A DNA stretch of 64,000 bases. Origin: Vicugna vicugna. Taxonomy: Eukaryota. Shown here in pieces: positions 38,972 to 50,900 of this stretch. The stretch is taken from positions 62,001 to 126,000 of the forward strand of contig MU061045.1 of NCBI GenBank assembly GCA_013265495.1, in the 5' to 3' direction. A program made the translations under genes and the position numbers. Numbering within the stretch: position 1 is the stretch's first letter; every line of letters starts with the position of its first letter. Under the pieces are notes generated by a model. That model was not told where the DNA came from. It saw only the letters and a list, made by a program, of their open reading frames with translations, and made no database searches.

Positions 38972-41900
38972 GTAACAGCCTAGTGACTCAGGAAGGGTGA
39001 AAATGTGTGGTCAAGTGGGGAAGCAATCAAGGGGCCCAAGTGGACCACAAGCCAGCATGCAGTGGTTTATTGCAAGACCTCCTGGGGCTTCAGAGGAGAG
39101 GAGGAAAGTGGGACCCCAAAGGGACTAGGAGTCCCCCTCGGGGCTGTGCTGCAGGACACAGCCTAAGCCTCAGAATAGAACTGTCTACCTGAGTGAGCCC
39201 TCAGGGACCAGGCAGCTGGGCAGGGTCTGTTCTCAGCAGTCAGCCTGGTGACACTGAAGGTTCTGCTTCCATGGAGTCTCCCTGCCTTCACTGCAGGTGT
39301 TAGTCAGAGAGTCAGGCCCAGGGGAAGGCTTGGGGATGGCTCCAGCAAGGCCTGGGCTCAACCTGCAGCCCAGAAGGTGACTGGCCATTGCCCAGCTCAG
39401 CCCCAGGAGGTGTGGGCCCTGTCTGCTCTGTGGCCAGACCCTGAGACCTCTGAAGTTGGATGTAGGGTCGGGTTAGGCCTCTTGGGCTCCGCCCCACATC
39501 CACTGTATCCCTTGCCTAACGTGCAGATGGAGTGACCAGCCCCTGGTTCGATGGGTGCGAGGGGCAGAAGGTGGGAGTGCTGGTGCCTGGAGTTTGTGTG
39601 ATTGTTGGGGTTCCTGTGGTTGACTGAGGCTCAGGGCAGGGCACGAGCAAGGCAGAGCTGTCCCTGTCTCAGGAGCTGAGAGGAGGGGAGGGCTCTGGGT
39701 TGGGGTCCACCTTGCATGTCCTCACAGCCAGGCTCAGAGGCCTGGGGGCACTGCGGCCACGGAGTCCCCTGGGCTTCTTGTAGCATGACCCTAGGGCCCC
39801 CAGCGGTGTCTTTGGCTCCCTGGGCATGGGCAGCAGTGTTGCCCACCTAAACCTGGGAGCCGGATCTCTTCCTGCACATAGACACCCTCCCTTCTCCAGG
39901 GCATCAGGCCGCTGGCTGTGTGGGCCCGGCATCCACGTGCTGGAGGCTTGAGGGCAGCTTGTGCCTCTGTGGCTGGAGAGAAGGGGAGCAAGCTGCTGGT
40001 CTCGGCTGAGATAGGCCCCGTGGACTAGCCTCGCCTCACCTGGGTGTGTGGGGCTTAGAAGCAGCTGACTGTGTCAGGCTGGGGGACCTGGCCTGTGATT
40101 GCCCCCAGCCTTGATGGCTTCATCAGCCAGTGGGCGACCCACACGCACAGCCCAGCTTGGTGCACAGTCAGAGCCAGAGACATGTCTCCTGAGGGCCCAG
40201 ACACACTGGCAGCCCCCACCATTGGATGGCTGTCTTCTCAAGCCCACTGGTGCTGAGGTGTCCGCACAGCCAGTTCATGGGAGGCTGGAACTGCGGCTAG
40301 GTGGGCCTGGATACGAAGTCCACCCCTGTGGCCCCCTGGACCTCAGGCACTCCAAGGGGTGAGGCCTGCCCCCCAGACTTGGCGGGGAGCAGAACAGCTG
40401 GCTGAGCCACATGGGGATAGTGGCAGCCCATGACCCTGAGGCCACCCTTCAGGCGCCAGGCACTCTTTCCAGCCCTCCCAGGCCGGAAGGGGCTCTGGCC
40501 TCCAGCCCAAAGGGCACTGATGAGGGTCAAAACCCCTTCAGGGAGATGTTCCCATCGCCTGGAACTGCCCTGGCCTCCTGAGGGCTTTGGCCTGAAGATC
40601 AGGCCACCACCCTCCCCGCCCACTGCCCCTCCCCACCCAAGGACCTCCAGGCCTGCCCTTGGTGTTCTTTCTTTTGAGAGGAGATGGTTTCTCAGGCTGA
40701 GATCAGAGGGAGTGTTTTCCCAGGGCTGTGGCTGGATTGACAGGGCTGATGGGGACACTGGGATGTCAGGGCCACATCCAGCTAGCCAGGCCTGGCAGCC
40801 TTTATGTCAGACCTGCTTCTCAGACTCATCTCAGCATGAGGTGCTTGGTTACCCACCTGTGAGCCAGGGCTCCCTGGACCTGGTCCTGGGTGTCAGAGCC
40901 AGGGTCGTGAAGCTTGGAGGCTGGTGGCAAGGCAGGGATTGGAAGGCTGGGTGGTGGGGGTCCTGCTGCTGTGTGCCCTAGGCTGCACCACGGTCCTGGC
41001 TACCTGCCCTTCATCCTCCAGCAGAAGGGGCCCCCCTCCAGATACCTGGAGCAGGGCTGGTCCTCACCCACTGTATGTGTGTGCGTGAGGGTGGGGTAGG
41101 GGTGGGGACACCTTTAGGGACCTAACCAGCTCTAGACTAGGCCAAGATGGGTAAGTGGCTGGGGCACTAGCAGCTGGTGAAATTTGGGAGAAGACAGAAA
41201 GGACTCACATGTAAGCATCCAGGGCAAGTTCCCTCAGGACAGTGGTACAGTCTTCTGCTCCTGCCCCAGGTGGCTCCTCTTAGGGCTGCCATGGATGCAA
41301 GATACAGGAGGCCAGTGGTCAGGACAACTCATGGGAAACTGAGGCTCAGAGGGGCATACTGTGGTCACCCAGAGTGCTTGAGCATGCTGGCTGCATGGCC
41401 TGTGTACATGGCATGTCCTGGAAAAGGAATAGCCCCAGGGGTGGCTTAGTTTTCTAAATGGGGTCTGGGGAGGAGCAGGTGGGAGGCAGGAAGCGGAAGC
41501 CAGGCTTCTCTAGTAAGAGAAGCCCTGACTAACTGCTCCCTCCAGCCACCACTTCCCTGGAGATCAAAGATATGGAGGAGAGAGGGTCTGAGGCCAGCTG
41601 GACCCCACAAGCTTTCGCCCAGGGTCACACAACAGTTGTGCCCTCTTCTCTCCCTTTGATCGGCTCTGACACCTCTCAGGATGGGGGACCCCTGGGCCTC
41701 TGCGTCTTGGTGGGGAGAATTCCGGATAAAGAGGGTCAGTGTAGGGCAGTTTGCTAGGTCCTGGTTGAGCTGTGTGGGGGTGCGTGCTGGGCAGTGGGCA
41801 AAGGCCTGGGGCCAGATCTGGGAGACCCGAAAAACCTCACAACAGTGACATCCCCGTAACTACTGTCGCATCGGCCCTCTTCCACAGCAGGGGAAACTGA

Positions 41901-44900
41901 GTCGCACCCAGGATGGGCAGCTTCTGCTGGCAGGGCGGCCTTGCGCGCTGCCCGTGGCCGGACTGCCCTTCCTCTGCCAGAACTTTCCGCAACTGCAGGA
42001 GGGTGCTGTGAACTCTTTTACTGGGGGCAAACCGAGGCCAGGGAAGGAAGACTCAGTGGGGAAGTCCCACCCCTCGGTGGAGGGCGGGGGTGCAGATCCG
42101 GAGCCCCGGCCCGCGGCAGGGGCGGATGGGCGACCCCGGCCCCAGGCTGCAGAGCCCCGCCCCGCTCGCTTGGCCGTTCACCCCCCCGCCCCGCCCGGGC
42201 GCGGTGCCTCCCAATTGGCTGCTCGCCGCCCCGCCCCAGCCTGGCTCCGCCCGATTGGCTGCTAGCCGCCCCGCCCCGCCCGATTGGCCGCTAGCCGCCC
42301 CGCCGCCAGGTCGGCCCCGCTGGGAGCGAGTCCGCCGAGCCCGAGCCGAGCGGCCGAGGCACTGGAGCCGAGCCCGGTTTAGCCGCCGCCGCCGGCCCGC
42401 GCCCCCTGCGCTCGGCCCGATGCCGGCCGAACTCAGACAGGTTGGAGGGAACTTGGTCCCGGGCGGGGGCACCGTCCCGGGGGCCGGCGGCGGAGGGCGG
42501 GACGCCGGCCCGCCGGGAGGACCCGCTTTTGTTCGCGGAGCAGCCGGCTGGAGGCGGCTATTGTCTGCACCCCGGGGCCGGGGTCGGGCGGGGCGGCGGA
42601 GTGAGTGCGCCGCCAGGGCCGTGCTGGGAGCGGCCCGGGGAGGGCGGGAGCACCGTGGCCAGCGCCCGGGACAGGTGCCTGGGACGGGTGGTGGGCAGGC
42701 CCTTCCCGAGCGCCCCCTCTGCGCAGGAGGGAGGCCGCGTCTGGAGAGGGTGGCGAGGCTAGGCCTACCCTACACCCCCAAGGCCCCAGCTCCGGGGGCC
42801 GCGCAGGAGCTTCGGCGCTTTAATGGAATCTCTGCAGTGGCAGCGCACGTGGATGGAGGGCTGGGGGATGGCCCTGCACACGTGCGGAGGCGGCGAGGGG
42901 GCTTCCTCCCAGCACTGGGGTGGGGGTAAGAAGGCTCCTGGACAGCCAGCACTCTAGCTTAGAGGGGCGGGGTCCACTAACAGGACGGGAAACAGGCTGA
43001 GTTTAGGAGCAAGAAGTGGTGGGAGGTAGATCTCCAACACACCTGCCCACCGGGACAGCTAGGTGCCTACCTCCCCAGAGGTGAGGGGCCAGTTCAGGGG
43101 AGGTGGGGAATCTGGGGCCACTGTGGCTGATGGATGTGGACTGGACTTGGGGAAGCTGCGGTGGGTGACAGCCAGCCCTGCTAACCCCCACAAGTTTGCT
43201 CCCCCAGTCTGCTAGGCACCCACTGCCCCTTGGCCTCTTGGCTACTAATGGGGGAGACCACCATGCGCTTGCAGGTGGACTGCTACAGTGGAGGGATGAA
43301 CTCCAGGTCAGCCAGGGCTGGGTCCACTGCTATGGACAGCAAGGGAAAGGGTGTCTGTAGCGGCCAAGGACTGTTGCCTGGTGGGAGATGCCTGCCTTGC
43401 CTGGCCTGGGCTCCATCCAGCATGGCCATGCTGGGTGAGGGGTTGGCCTTCCTCCACCCCTCCATTCATCTGTCTAGCAGAAGCCATCTCGTGCTCTCTG
43501 GGGGCCTGGGCAGGGGGTTGTGGGATCCCACTTGAATGCATCCCTGGTGTGTGCCTCTGAGGCCGTGGACAGGGTTGGGCAACCACCCCATGTGTTGTTC
43601 TTCATGATACAGACTGTGGGTGCGCATCTGTCAAGGGCAGGCGGTGCAGGTGGGTTCATGCCTCTGAGACTCCTATCCAGACCCCCACCAGTTGTGACTT
43701 GCTGTGATTCCTCAGTCCCCTCCTCCCACCATTCCCACATGTACCCCCAGAGGCTGTTGTGGGCTTTTGCCCAGGTGGTGGTCCCTCTGTGTCTCATCCC
43801 ACATCTCATTTTTCTGTGCCCACCCCCTCACCTTGGATCTGGTCACAAAGATGGGCACTTTCCCACCTGTCCCATGGCCTGGACACCCCAGGTCCTTCCT
43901 GTTTCCAGATGAGGAAGCTGAGCCCTGGTATGTGATGGGTCCAGGGCCCTCTAGCTCTGGGCCTCTGGGGACCCTCTTGAGAGCAGTGGCAGGTGATTGG
44001 GTCCACCTTTCTGGGGTACTGGTCACTGTAGCCCCTGACTTGGAACCCTGGGCCAGCCTCCCACCACCTCCTACCACAGATTCAAGGGAATTCATGGGAA
44101 ACCCCAGGCATGGACAACAGCCCCTTCCTGAACCAGGCTCAGGGATTATGGACCAGGAGCACCACAGGACAGATTGGGACCCTGGAAGGTGGTGGGAGGC
44201 TGGGCAGCTGTCCCAGCGAGAGAGGCAAGGATGAGGCCAGGGCCGAGGAAGCTTGATGAGACAGTTCAGGACTTGGCAGGCTCTGGGATGTGCTGGAGGG
44301 CTGCGGGTGTGTTGATGTCTGGGGTACCGGGGGAATGTGGGCTGCAGGGCCGGGGTCTCTAAGAGTAGGCTGACCTGCGTAGGTGGACATGGGACATGGG
44401 TTCCTAGAGCAGGGCCTTGAGGCCAGCTGAGAATCCAGGCACCCTGGTCAGTGGCCTCTGCTGAGCACCGACTGTGTGCTGGTGGTCAGTCAGTGACCCC
44501 ACGTACCCACCCTGGGGGTGTTGTGTAGGCACAAGCCGTGGGTCGACCTTGGGGCTCCTTCTATCCTAGGCCTTGGTTCCCTCATCTGCCAGCTCTGAGA
44601 CTCCCATAGCGGACACCTGGGTGGGTGGTTAAGGGAGTCTGGACATGTGGGGAGAAGACAGGATCACGGGGATATGTGTACCAGGTGCTGTCAGGAGAGC
44701 CTGCAGGTTGACATGCTTAGGCCCATGGGCTGGGCCAGGTGCTCACATACATGTGTGTATGTGCACATGCATGTCCAGGGCCCTGTCTGCACATGTGTGC
44801 CCAGGCATGTGTAACGGGGGCCGAGCCTCCCTGTGATCACTGGCTGACTCACGCTCCCGACTGCCTGCCTGCCCGCCTGCCCACCCGCCCTGGTGAAGTC

Positions 44901-47900
44901 ATCGCCATTTTTAGCTCCCTGAGGTCATTTGCCAGTGGGGGCTCTTAGGACCTTGGGATCCCGCTGCTTGAGCTGGGTGCTGGTGGGTGATGCTGCAGGG
45001 TTGCCAGGCCTTTTTGGGCCCCTGGCTCTCCTTGACCCCATCCTCACGTCCCCCTGACTCTTCACTGGAGCACAGGCAGGGGTGAGAGGCAGCAGCCAGG
45101 CTCCTGTGGCACTGAGATCTGAAATGTGCCCCCAAGCCCCAGCAGCCCACCGCCTGGCTAAGGGTAGGGGCTCTTCTCTGAAAGTGTTAATGTATGCAAA
45201 TGTAGGCACAACTGCTAAAGGGCCTAGCCCACTGGACAGCTTGGTCCCTTCCCATCAGTCCTGCTCCCTGCCCCTCCTCTGCACTTGCAACCTTGGGCCT
45301 GGTCCCTTAGGGCCTAGCGGACAGAGCTAGCTGCCTGCCACACTTGCTCCCACGGTTGCCAAATACAGATGGGGCTGCTGGGGCCCCAGCAGGGACAGGC
45401 TGTCCCTGAACCTTCTGCTCCAAAACAATCCCAGCTCCTCAGTGCCCTCAGTGAAGAGCTGCTCTGCCCGGCAGCCCACCAGTGTGTCCCCACTCTGGGC
45501 CTCAGTTTACTTCTCTTTCCCAGAGAGCAGCGTCCCTCCTTCCTGACCAGGCCCCCAGCAGGGGGGCAGGCAGGCTGCTTGCATTCTAAGGCTGTGGCAG
45601 CCAAGGCTGTGTCCCATAAGGGGTAACATTGGGCTAGAAGTTCCCTCCATAGAAGTCCAAAATTCCCCCATTAGCAGTTTTATCTTCTCCCCTCTGTCAG
45701 GCCTCAGTTTTCCTTTTTATAAGCTCACATATTCCCTAAGGCCTTATTTTGTGGGGGATGGGGTTTTTTTCTGTGACCTCTTTCTTCCTCTGTCACCAGA
45801 GCCCAAGGGATTCTCCTAACAAGTTGGTGCAGCTACTCCCTGGACCCCTGAAGATGTTGCAGGATCCCAGCACCTCAACACTGCACAGTTGGGGGGCATG
45901 CATTTCTTTAGGACAGGACCCCAACTTGGGGAGACTTCACATCTGAGGACCTGGGGAGGCAGGCCCTGAAGACAGCCTTGGACACCTGGCCTTGAGTACC
46001 TGGGTCTGGGGAAAGGAACAGAGCAGGGCTCTGCTTCCAGGCCTTCTCTGAGGCTCAGTTCTGTCTGTGCAGCCCTCAGTCCTGGGGCCCAGGCAGAGGA
46101 CATATCCTGCAAGGCACAGGCCTGTCCTCCTGCTGCCCCAGCCCTGGCTGCCTAGGAATGTACTCCCCCTGTGCCCGCCCACTGGGACTTGGGTTTCAAT
46201 TCCTGGCCAGATGCTGATCCTGGGATGTTGGCGTGGTTTGGGGGATCCGTGTGGTCAGAGGCCCAGGGCTAGATTGTGGCTCTTGTGTCCCTGTGCCTCT
46301 CAGCAGTGCAGGGGTCTGGCCCAGCCCTGCTCTGGGCTGGCCTGTCCTCTCTGAATCTTAGTTTCTCCACTGGCAAGTCTGGCCAGTAAGCATGTGGGCT
46401 TTACAAGAGCCTCTGTCTGGAGCTGTCTTGCCTGCAGGGATGTTGGCAAGGGGTGAGGGTGGGGAGACACAGGATGAGAATGAGGCAGGTGGCCAAGAGG
46501 TGAGGGCCAAGGTGGGGGAGACCTGGGAGGTGTGTAGGAAGGGGTTACTGGGGTTCTTGTCAGGAATCAGCTGGGCCCCCTTGGCCTGAATCTGTGCACT
46601 CTGATACGACACTGGGGGTGTCTCAGTGAGGGACACCAGGCACTGGCCTGAGTGAGGTAGGGCCAGGCCGAGCCCACTCAACGTCCCAAGAGTGTCCAGA
46701 CCGGAAAGAGCGAGGGTATTTTGGTGCTCTGAGTGCACACAGCTTTCTGGGAGCTGGGTATTTCTGTCCTGTGAGGGCGTTTAGCTGGCCTTGGGGAAGG
46801 CAGGAGTCTGGGTGTGGCCCCAGGGAGTCAGTGAACAGTACTGACACTGCCACCCTCTGCACTTGACATTTCTGGGGTGGGCCAGGGAGGAGGCCCAGGA
46901 CACCAGGAGGGCCCAGCCAGGGGTGATGAGTGATGCCAGGAAAGCTTCCTGCGGGTCATCCCCTCCCTGTCCCCCACCCCCCACCTCCTTGGGTCTCCAG
47001 GAGTTGCAGCAGACAGGCCTCACAGGTCAGACAGGGCTGCCCACCACTGCACCACTGGAGCCTAGATCCTTACCCACTAGCCCAGCCCAAGGAGGCCCCC
47101 AGGATGGGGTCTGGCCCCCATGGTCAGCCCCTCGGCTTTCAGAGGCAGAGATGTGCTGCTCTCCTTGCCAGCCAGGGCTGAGACAGATCCTGGGGCAGTG
47201 GGTACCAGGGTGGAGGGGAGAGGAAGACACCTGGCATCCAGGCCAGCATGAGTGTCTGCACTCCAGGGGTGTTGAGTTCTGGGTCCTCCCACCAACACCT
47301 GCTCCCTTGCTCAGGAGCAGAGCCCAGGCAGCCAGGCCTCGCTGGCCACCATGCCAGAGGCGCCCGAGGTGCTGGAGGAGACAGTGACGGTAGAGGAGGA
47401 TCCTGGCACCCCCACCTCCCACGTGTCCATCGTCACGTCAGAGGACGGCACCACCCGTCGCACTGAGACCAAGGTACGCTGGGCCCTGCGGTTGGCAGGT
47501 AGGCCGTGCGGAGCAGTCGTCCCCCCTGCCACGTGGGTACCCATTGTTCGGGTGGAAGGCTGAGGCCACCCTGGCCTCTCCGGCTGCCCAGCCCACCAGC
47601 CGCCTGCTCCCCAACCAGGTCACCAAGACGGTCAAGACGGTGACCACACGGACAGTGCGCCAGGTACCTGTGGGCCCAGATGGCCTCCCCTTGCTGGATG
47701 GCGGCCCCCCGCTGGGCCCCTTCACCGATGGCCCTCTGGACCGGCACTTCCTGCTGCGTGGGGGTGGCCCTTCTGCCACGCTCTCCCGTGCCTGCATCAG
47801 CAGTGGGGGCGGCTTTCCCGATGAGCCCCGTGATGTCCCCAGTTACGGCAGCCTGTCCCGTGGGCTGGGTGTGCGGCCCCCCCGTGGAGGCCTCCATGGC

Positions 47901-50900
47901 CCGGGTCCCAGCGACGGCTGCTTCACGCTGCCTGGCCGCCGGGAGGCCTTCCCTGCAGGCTCTGAGCCTGTGCCGCCCGCCGGCCGCTCCCAGCCTGAGC
48001 GGTTCCAGGCAGAGCCGTATGGCTTGGAGGACGACACTCGCAGCCTGGCTGCTGAGGATGAGGGTGGCCCGGAGCTGGAGCCTGACTACAGCACAGCCAC
48101 AAGGAGAAGGCCGGACTGTGGGCGAGGCCTTCGGACCAGGTGAGGCCACCGTGTGCTGGCACCACCTCTAGGAAGCCTACCTTCTGCTCCCTGCCACAGG
48201 GTCCTAGCTGCAGGGCTGTGTTAGTCACACACGTTAGTCTGAATTGGCTTCAGCTCTTCTCAGGCATGTGGCAAGAGCAGGCTCTGGGACAGGGGAGATT
48301 ACACTGGGCACCCTCCCCACGAGTCTGGAGCGTAAGAAGCTGATGACAGTGCCCAGTACCTGCTGCCCCTGCTCCAGCCAGATGGCCAGGAAGACACGGG
48401 CCCAGGGGCTCAGCGTGTTTTTCATCCTCTCCCACGTGCACAGTAGCAGCCAGAATGCAGGCTCCCAGCCCTTTTTTTTTTTGGTGGGGTCTCTGGTTCT
48501 GTTCCCTCTGTCCTTGGCTTGTCTGTCTGCAGAGTGGGAACGTGACCACAGCCTGGGTCTGGGTTATGCTTTGTGACCACGGGTGTGACACCTGACCCCA
48601 CACCCCCCACCCAGCCTCAGTCCCTCCCCTGGGAAGCAGGTTTGACATCTTATGCCCTAGGGAACTGGTGCCTGAAGGCCCCTCATGTGGTCCCACCAGG
48701 ATGGCCATGTGCAGGGGTGGGCCTCATGGGAAGGTGAGACCCCAGGCAGAGACAGATGTCTAATAGAAACACGTTTAGCTCAGTATCAGGAAAACTGCCT
48801 GGTGTGGGAGCAAGTGAGCTCCCCGTCTGATAGGGATACAAGCCCTAATGACCGGTGGCTGGTCTTTGGCTCCGTCACTGGTTGTGAGTCAGTTCTCGCT
48901 GGACTGTGCGTGACTTTCGGCTCCAGTGATGCTCTAGGTTCAGCCCCACCCCCGTCCCCAGGGAAGGTGTGATGGGGCAGCTGGGGGCCTTGCCAGCAGC
49001 TGCGAGAGGACGGTCATGCGCCCTGCTCGCCTGCACAGGGCCTACGAGGACGTGGTGGATGATGGTGGAGAGATGATGGAGGAGCGGCCCCCGTTCCCGG
49101 CCACAGCGGCGCCCCTGGCCCAGCCCGAACGCGGCAGCCTGGGCAGCCTGGACCGGGCGGTGCGGCGCTCGCCCTCAGTGGACAGTGCCCGCAAGGAGCC
49201 ACGCTGGCGGGACCCTGAGCTGCCCGAGGTGCTGGCCATGCTGCGGCACCCTGTGGACCCCGTGAAGGCCAACGCAGCCGCCTATCTACAGCACCTATGC
49301 TTTGAGAACGAGGGCATCAAGCGTCGCGTGCGGCAGCTGCGGGGGCTGCCGTTGCTCGTGGCTCTGCTGGACCACCCGCGAGCAGAGGTGCGGCGCCGGG
49401 CCTGCGGGGCCCTGCGGAACCTCTCGTACGGCCGGGACTCCGACAACAAGGCCGCCATCCGGGACTGTGGCGGCGTGCCTGCCCTAGTGCGCCTGCTGCG
49501 GGCTGCCCGGGACAGCGAGGTCCGCGAGCTTGTCACAGGTGAGGCTCCTGGTCACCCGCGTCCCCCATTCAGTCAAGAGTCCCGGCTGCTGGGCGCAGGA
49601 GTCAGGCTCAGATGCCGTGATGGGTCTGGTCTCTCTACCTCTGGACTTAGTTGCTGTCGGTGGGGCTGGAACTGGGCCTAGTACTGGGCCCCTGGACAAT
49701 CCTGCTCCCCACCAGCTCCCATGTCCCCACCACAACTCCTCCAGGGTCCACCTACCTGGTCCCCGCCCCCCAGCAGGGCAGTGCTGGGGCCTGTGGCCAG
49801 ACAGGGTCCTGTGACAACCAACTTGGCATGGCCCCGGGAGCTGTAGTTCACCTGCCTGTGTGGGTGGGAAGGGTTGGGGAAGAGAAGGCTCTTGCTGGCT
49901 CCAGGCCCCCCACCGGCCCTCCTTTATATCCTAGCCCCTCTGGGGAGCCCCTGCCGTTTGCGGCTTGTGCATCTTGCCCATGCCAGGGCAGCACTCGGGA
50001 CCTCTCCTGGCTTTTGTCACTCCTGCCTGCTAAGTCAGCTGGGACACAGGGAGGGCAGGGCAGGTCCTGCGAGGGACCCATGGGAGGAAGTGGGGGCAGT
50101 GCCTGTGGTCAGCATTGGTGGGTTGGTGGCACCCTGCAGGCACGCTCTGGAACCTGTCATCCTACGAGCCCCTGAAGATGGTCATCATTGACCATGGCCT
50201 GCAGACGCTGACCCACGAGGTCATTGTGCCTCACTCGGGCTGGGAGCCAGAGCCCAACGAGGACTCCAAGCCGCGGGACGCTGAGTGGACGACTGTCTTC
50301 AAGAACACATCGGGCTGCTTGAGGTGTGGCGGGGCCAGGCGCAGCTGCTCAGAGCTATTCCCAGCCCAGGAGGCAGGAACTAGGCATCAGATCCTGTACA
50401 CACACCTGGGGACAGCTGTCCTGGGGACAGCCATGTTCCCATGTCCCAGATAATGTGGAAGACAGCTGGCTGTCAGGCCTCAGCACCAGAGCCCTGTCAC
50501 AGTTCCTGCCCAAGTCCGAGAGTGGGCCTGGTGGGGCTGTGTTCACCCCCACGGGCAGCCTCCAGATGTCTGCCAACCTCTCTTCTGTTCCACAGCTCCA
50601 GCCCTGCCCAGCTTCCACCCATCACTGTGACAGCCGGGGTGGGTGGTGGAGCTGTCTGGGTCCCCTGCCTGTCCATCAGGATGTGCCCGCATTGAGTCCC
50701 GACCTCAGGGGGAGGCAGAGCCCTGAGATGCCACTGGAGCAGGGGGAGCCCAGGATTTCCCTGCACGGATTCAGTCCTCTGGGTCAACTCAGCTCAGCTC
50801 AGGGGAGCCCCCACCCTTGCAGGTGCCAGCCCAGGGCTCCTTTCTGGGGTCTCATCAGTCAGGCCATTGCTGCTCCAGGCCACTGTCATCTGGCAGCAGC

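Noticed and set aside
47433-48171. Alternative-frame and antisense ORFs over the 521-nt ARVCF exon
   Set aside because: By-products of GC-rich codon usage; no independent start or splice support
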